In this document: piece by piece, positions 62,284-64,000 of the stretch
How the letters are laid out: the number at the start of each line of letters is the position of its first letter
Numbering within the stretch: the stretch's first letter is position 1
DNA from: Nitrospirales bacterium
GTDB taxonomy: Bacteria > Nitrospirota > Nitrospiria > Nitrospirales > UBA8639
Length of the DNA stretch: 64,000 bases
Direction of reading: 5' to 3'
Assembly: GCA_963422365.1 (NCBI GenBank)
Contig: OY729426.1
Location: forward strand, 384,001 to 448,000
Program-made: the position numbers and the translations under genes
Notes under the pieces: model-generated
What the model was told of the DNA's origin: nothing
The model's database searches: none
Seen by the model: the letters and a program-made list of their open reading frames with translations, nothing else

Positions 62284-62979
62284 TTAAACGGTATCGGTGG
62301 ACGATGGTTCTTCTTCCGTTCCAGAATAAGAAGAAGGACGAATCGAAGACAATTCGTTGGGATGGAGTAAGGTCAAACAGTCTTCGGCCACCGGATCTTT
62401 ATGAAACAACGCATAGATGGGGAACACCTGAGGAGACTCTTCGCCGTGCGCTGAGGGAAACAAGACCGGCACTTCAATCCATGGCATTAACGTTTGTAGG
62501 CTGGCGAGTCTCAGACGAACGGCCAGCAACATGTCCCGGACCCGGAGATCCCATTCATGTGAATCGAGATCCACGGATTTGGTGATGCTCCGATTCCATA
62601 ACGACTTGGTAATCCCCACGGCCACATTAAAACCGATGCGTTGGGCCTTTTTAGTCACATCCACAAGCAACCCGGCATCGATGGCGTCTTGGCGGGAAGT
62701 CACGTGGCGGGCTGGCATCCTGGACTCACCTATCTGCTCCGATAAGACCTCACGATTCACGGTCTCCGCAACCACCGTTTCGTGGGATTCCACTTCCCTT
62801 GATAAGTCTTGGCTGGCCTCGATTGTGTCACACGCATCCACCGCATACCCTCGGGCTGTCAGCATGCCGTCATACACGGCCCGAGCAGACTGCGACCACG
62901 AGGCATCGAAGGGTCGGCCCCGGTAGGCCGCCTCGGCAGCTTTTTTCTCATCATGGGTTAAGGGACGAGACGGATTCAT
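62284..62979 (-). CDS. hypothetical protein with DUF6573-like C-terminal domain
   Basis: SRQDAIDAGLLVDVT..GF.V.V.IT..LW..RVRDML. Confidence 0.6.
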   Translation of the reverse strand: MNPSRPLTHDEKKAAEAAYRGRPFDASWSQSARAVYDGMLTARGYAVDACDTIEASQDLSREVESHETVVAETVNREVLSEQIGESRMPARHVTSRQDAIDAGLLVDVTKKAQRIGFNVAVGITKSLWNRSITKSVDLDSHEWDLRVRDMLLAVRLRLASLQTLMPWIEVPVLFPSAHGEESPQVFPIYALFHKDPVAEDCLTLLHPNELSSIRPSSYSGTEEEPSSTDTV

Positions 62980-63057
62980 ACTAAAATTGATAAGGCTCAA
63001 CAGGAAACAAGTCAAGGGAGACGAAAATTTTTACTTGACAGAAACCATAACGATTTG

Positions 63058-64000
63058 TCAATGGCCGAGCGGAAGTTGGGAAACCGCAAGTGCATGCCCC
63101 CTTGTCGTTTGTTGAATGAGAGACGTGACACTCGCATCCATCACGTTGAGTAACGGCCCCGGGTACAACCCAACCCAAAACACAACCACCACCAAGGGAA
63201 TCAGGGTTGCGGTTTCTCGCCAGTTCAGATCGGAAAGCCGTGCGGCAACCGACGTTCGAGGTGGTCCCAATGCGACGCGCTGTAACATCCAGAGCATGTA
63301 CGAGGCAGCCAAGACAATGCCGACCAGGGCCAGCAGCACCTTCACGAAACTTTCGTAGGACGTGCCCACGAGCACCAAGAATTCACCGATAAAGTTACAC
63401 GTGCCTGGCAGGCCGAATGACGCCACCGAGAAGAGACAAAACAGCGCCACAAACCGAGGCATGGTTTTGTGAAGACCGCCATAATCATTAATGGACCGAC
63501 TGTGCGTGCGGTCGTACAATTGCCCGATGGCCAAAAACAAAGCGCCGGTGGTGACACCGTGATTGAACATCTGGAGAATCGCGCCCTGGATGCCCTGACT
63601 GTTGAAGACGAAAATGCCAAGGGTCACGAATCCCATATGGGAAATCGAAGAATACGCCACAAGCTTTTTGAGATCGGACTGCGCCAAGGCCATGTATCCG
63701 CCGTAAATAATGGCTGCGATGGACAACCATAAAATAAACGGGGCAAATTGTGCCGAAGCCTCAGGAAAGACGGGAAGACAAAATCGCAGAAATCCATACC
63801 CACCCATTTTCAACAACACGCCCGCGAGAATAACGCTTCCCGCAGTCGGTGCCTCTGAATGGGCAGCGGGGAGCCACGTATGGAAGGGCAACAGGGGCAT
63901 CTTAACAGCAAAGGCTAGAAAGAAGGCGAGGAAAATCCAAAACTGCGCTTCCGATGAATACGTTTGGCCGGTGAGGGTAAGAATGTCGAAGATGCGTCCA
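63058..64000 (-). CDS. nuoM: NADH-quinone oxidoreductase subunit M (third copy, cut by the window edge)
   Basis: AVKMPLLPFHTWLPAAHSEAP, LLKMGGYG, YSSISHMG. Confidence 0.93.
   Translation of the reverse strand, partial: GRIFDILTLTGQTYSSEAQFWIFLAFFLAFAVKMPLLPFHTWLPAAHSEAPTAGSVILAGVLLKMGGYGFLRFCLPVFPEASAQFAPFILWLSIAAIIYGGYMALAQSDLKKLVAYSSISHMGFVTLGIFVFNSQGIQGAILQMFNHGVTTGALFLAIGQLYDRTHSRSINDYGGLHKTMPRFVALFCLFSVASFGLPGTCNFIGEFLVLVGTSYESFVKVLLALVGIVLAASYMLWMLQRVALGPPRTSVAARLSDLNWRETATLIPLVVVVFWVGLYPGPLLNVMDASVTSLIQQTTRGHALAVSQLPLGH

Noticed and set aside
1..64000. tRNA, rRNA, tmRNA, SRP RNA, riboswitches, transposases
   Set aside because: No diagnostic motifs recognised by eye; a covariance-model search was not possible

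Overview
Bacterial chromosome segment, most consistent with a Nitrospirota (Nitrospirales-like) genome; this is inferred from the 2M-type complex I and gene content, not from a database search. Core genes: purE, mdh, a NorD/CbbO-like VWA protein, bfd with a Fur-box-like site, an S9 peptidase, an ECF transporter whose QueT-like S unit is fused to two ATPases, an ergothioneine-type synthesis plus uptake cluster (EgtB/OvoA-like, ABC ATPase, SBP-permease fusion, EgtD, PLP lyase), a BacNav channel (TLEDWTD filter), ftcD, DsrE/TusA, an nuoABCD-G-IJKLMMN operon lacking nuoE/F/H, a priA with degenerate helicase motifs, and the end of a second nuoM-containing cluster. Between them lie several decaying defence islets: DarTG plus a DUF1156 stub, two HigBA loci, three DUF4258-type TA loci, a broken type III RM system and two type II RM remnants. 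Every toxin and almost every nuclease is disrupted while several antitoxins are intact. One GHKL-ATPase/nuclease + Dcm + Vsr module is fully intact. No tRNA, rRNA, CRISPR array, integrase or transposase was recognised. Family assignments come from motif recognition by eye.
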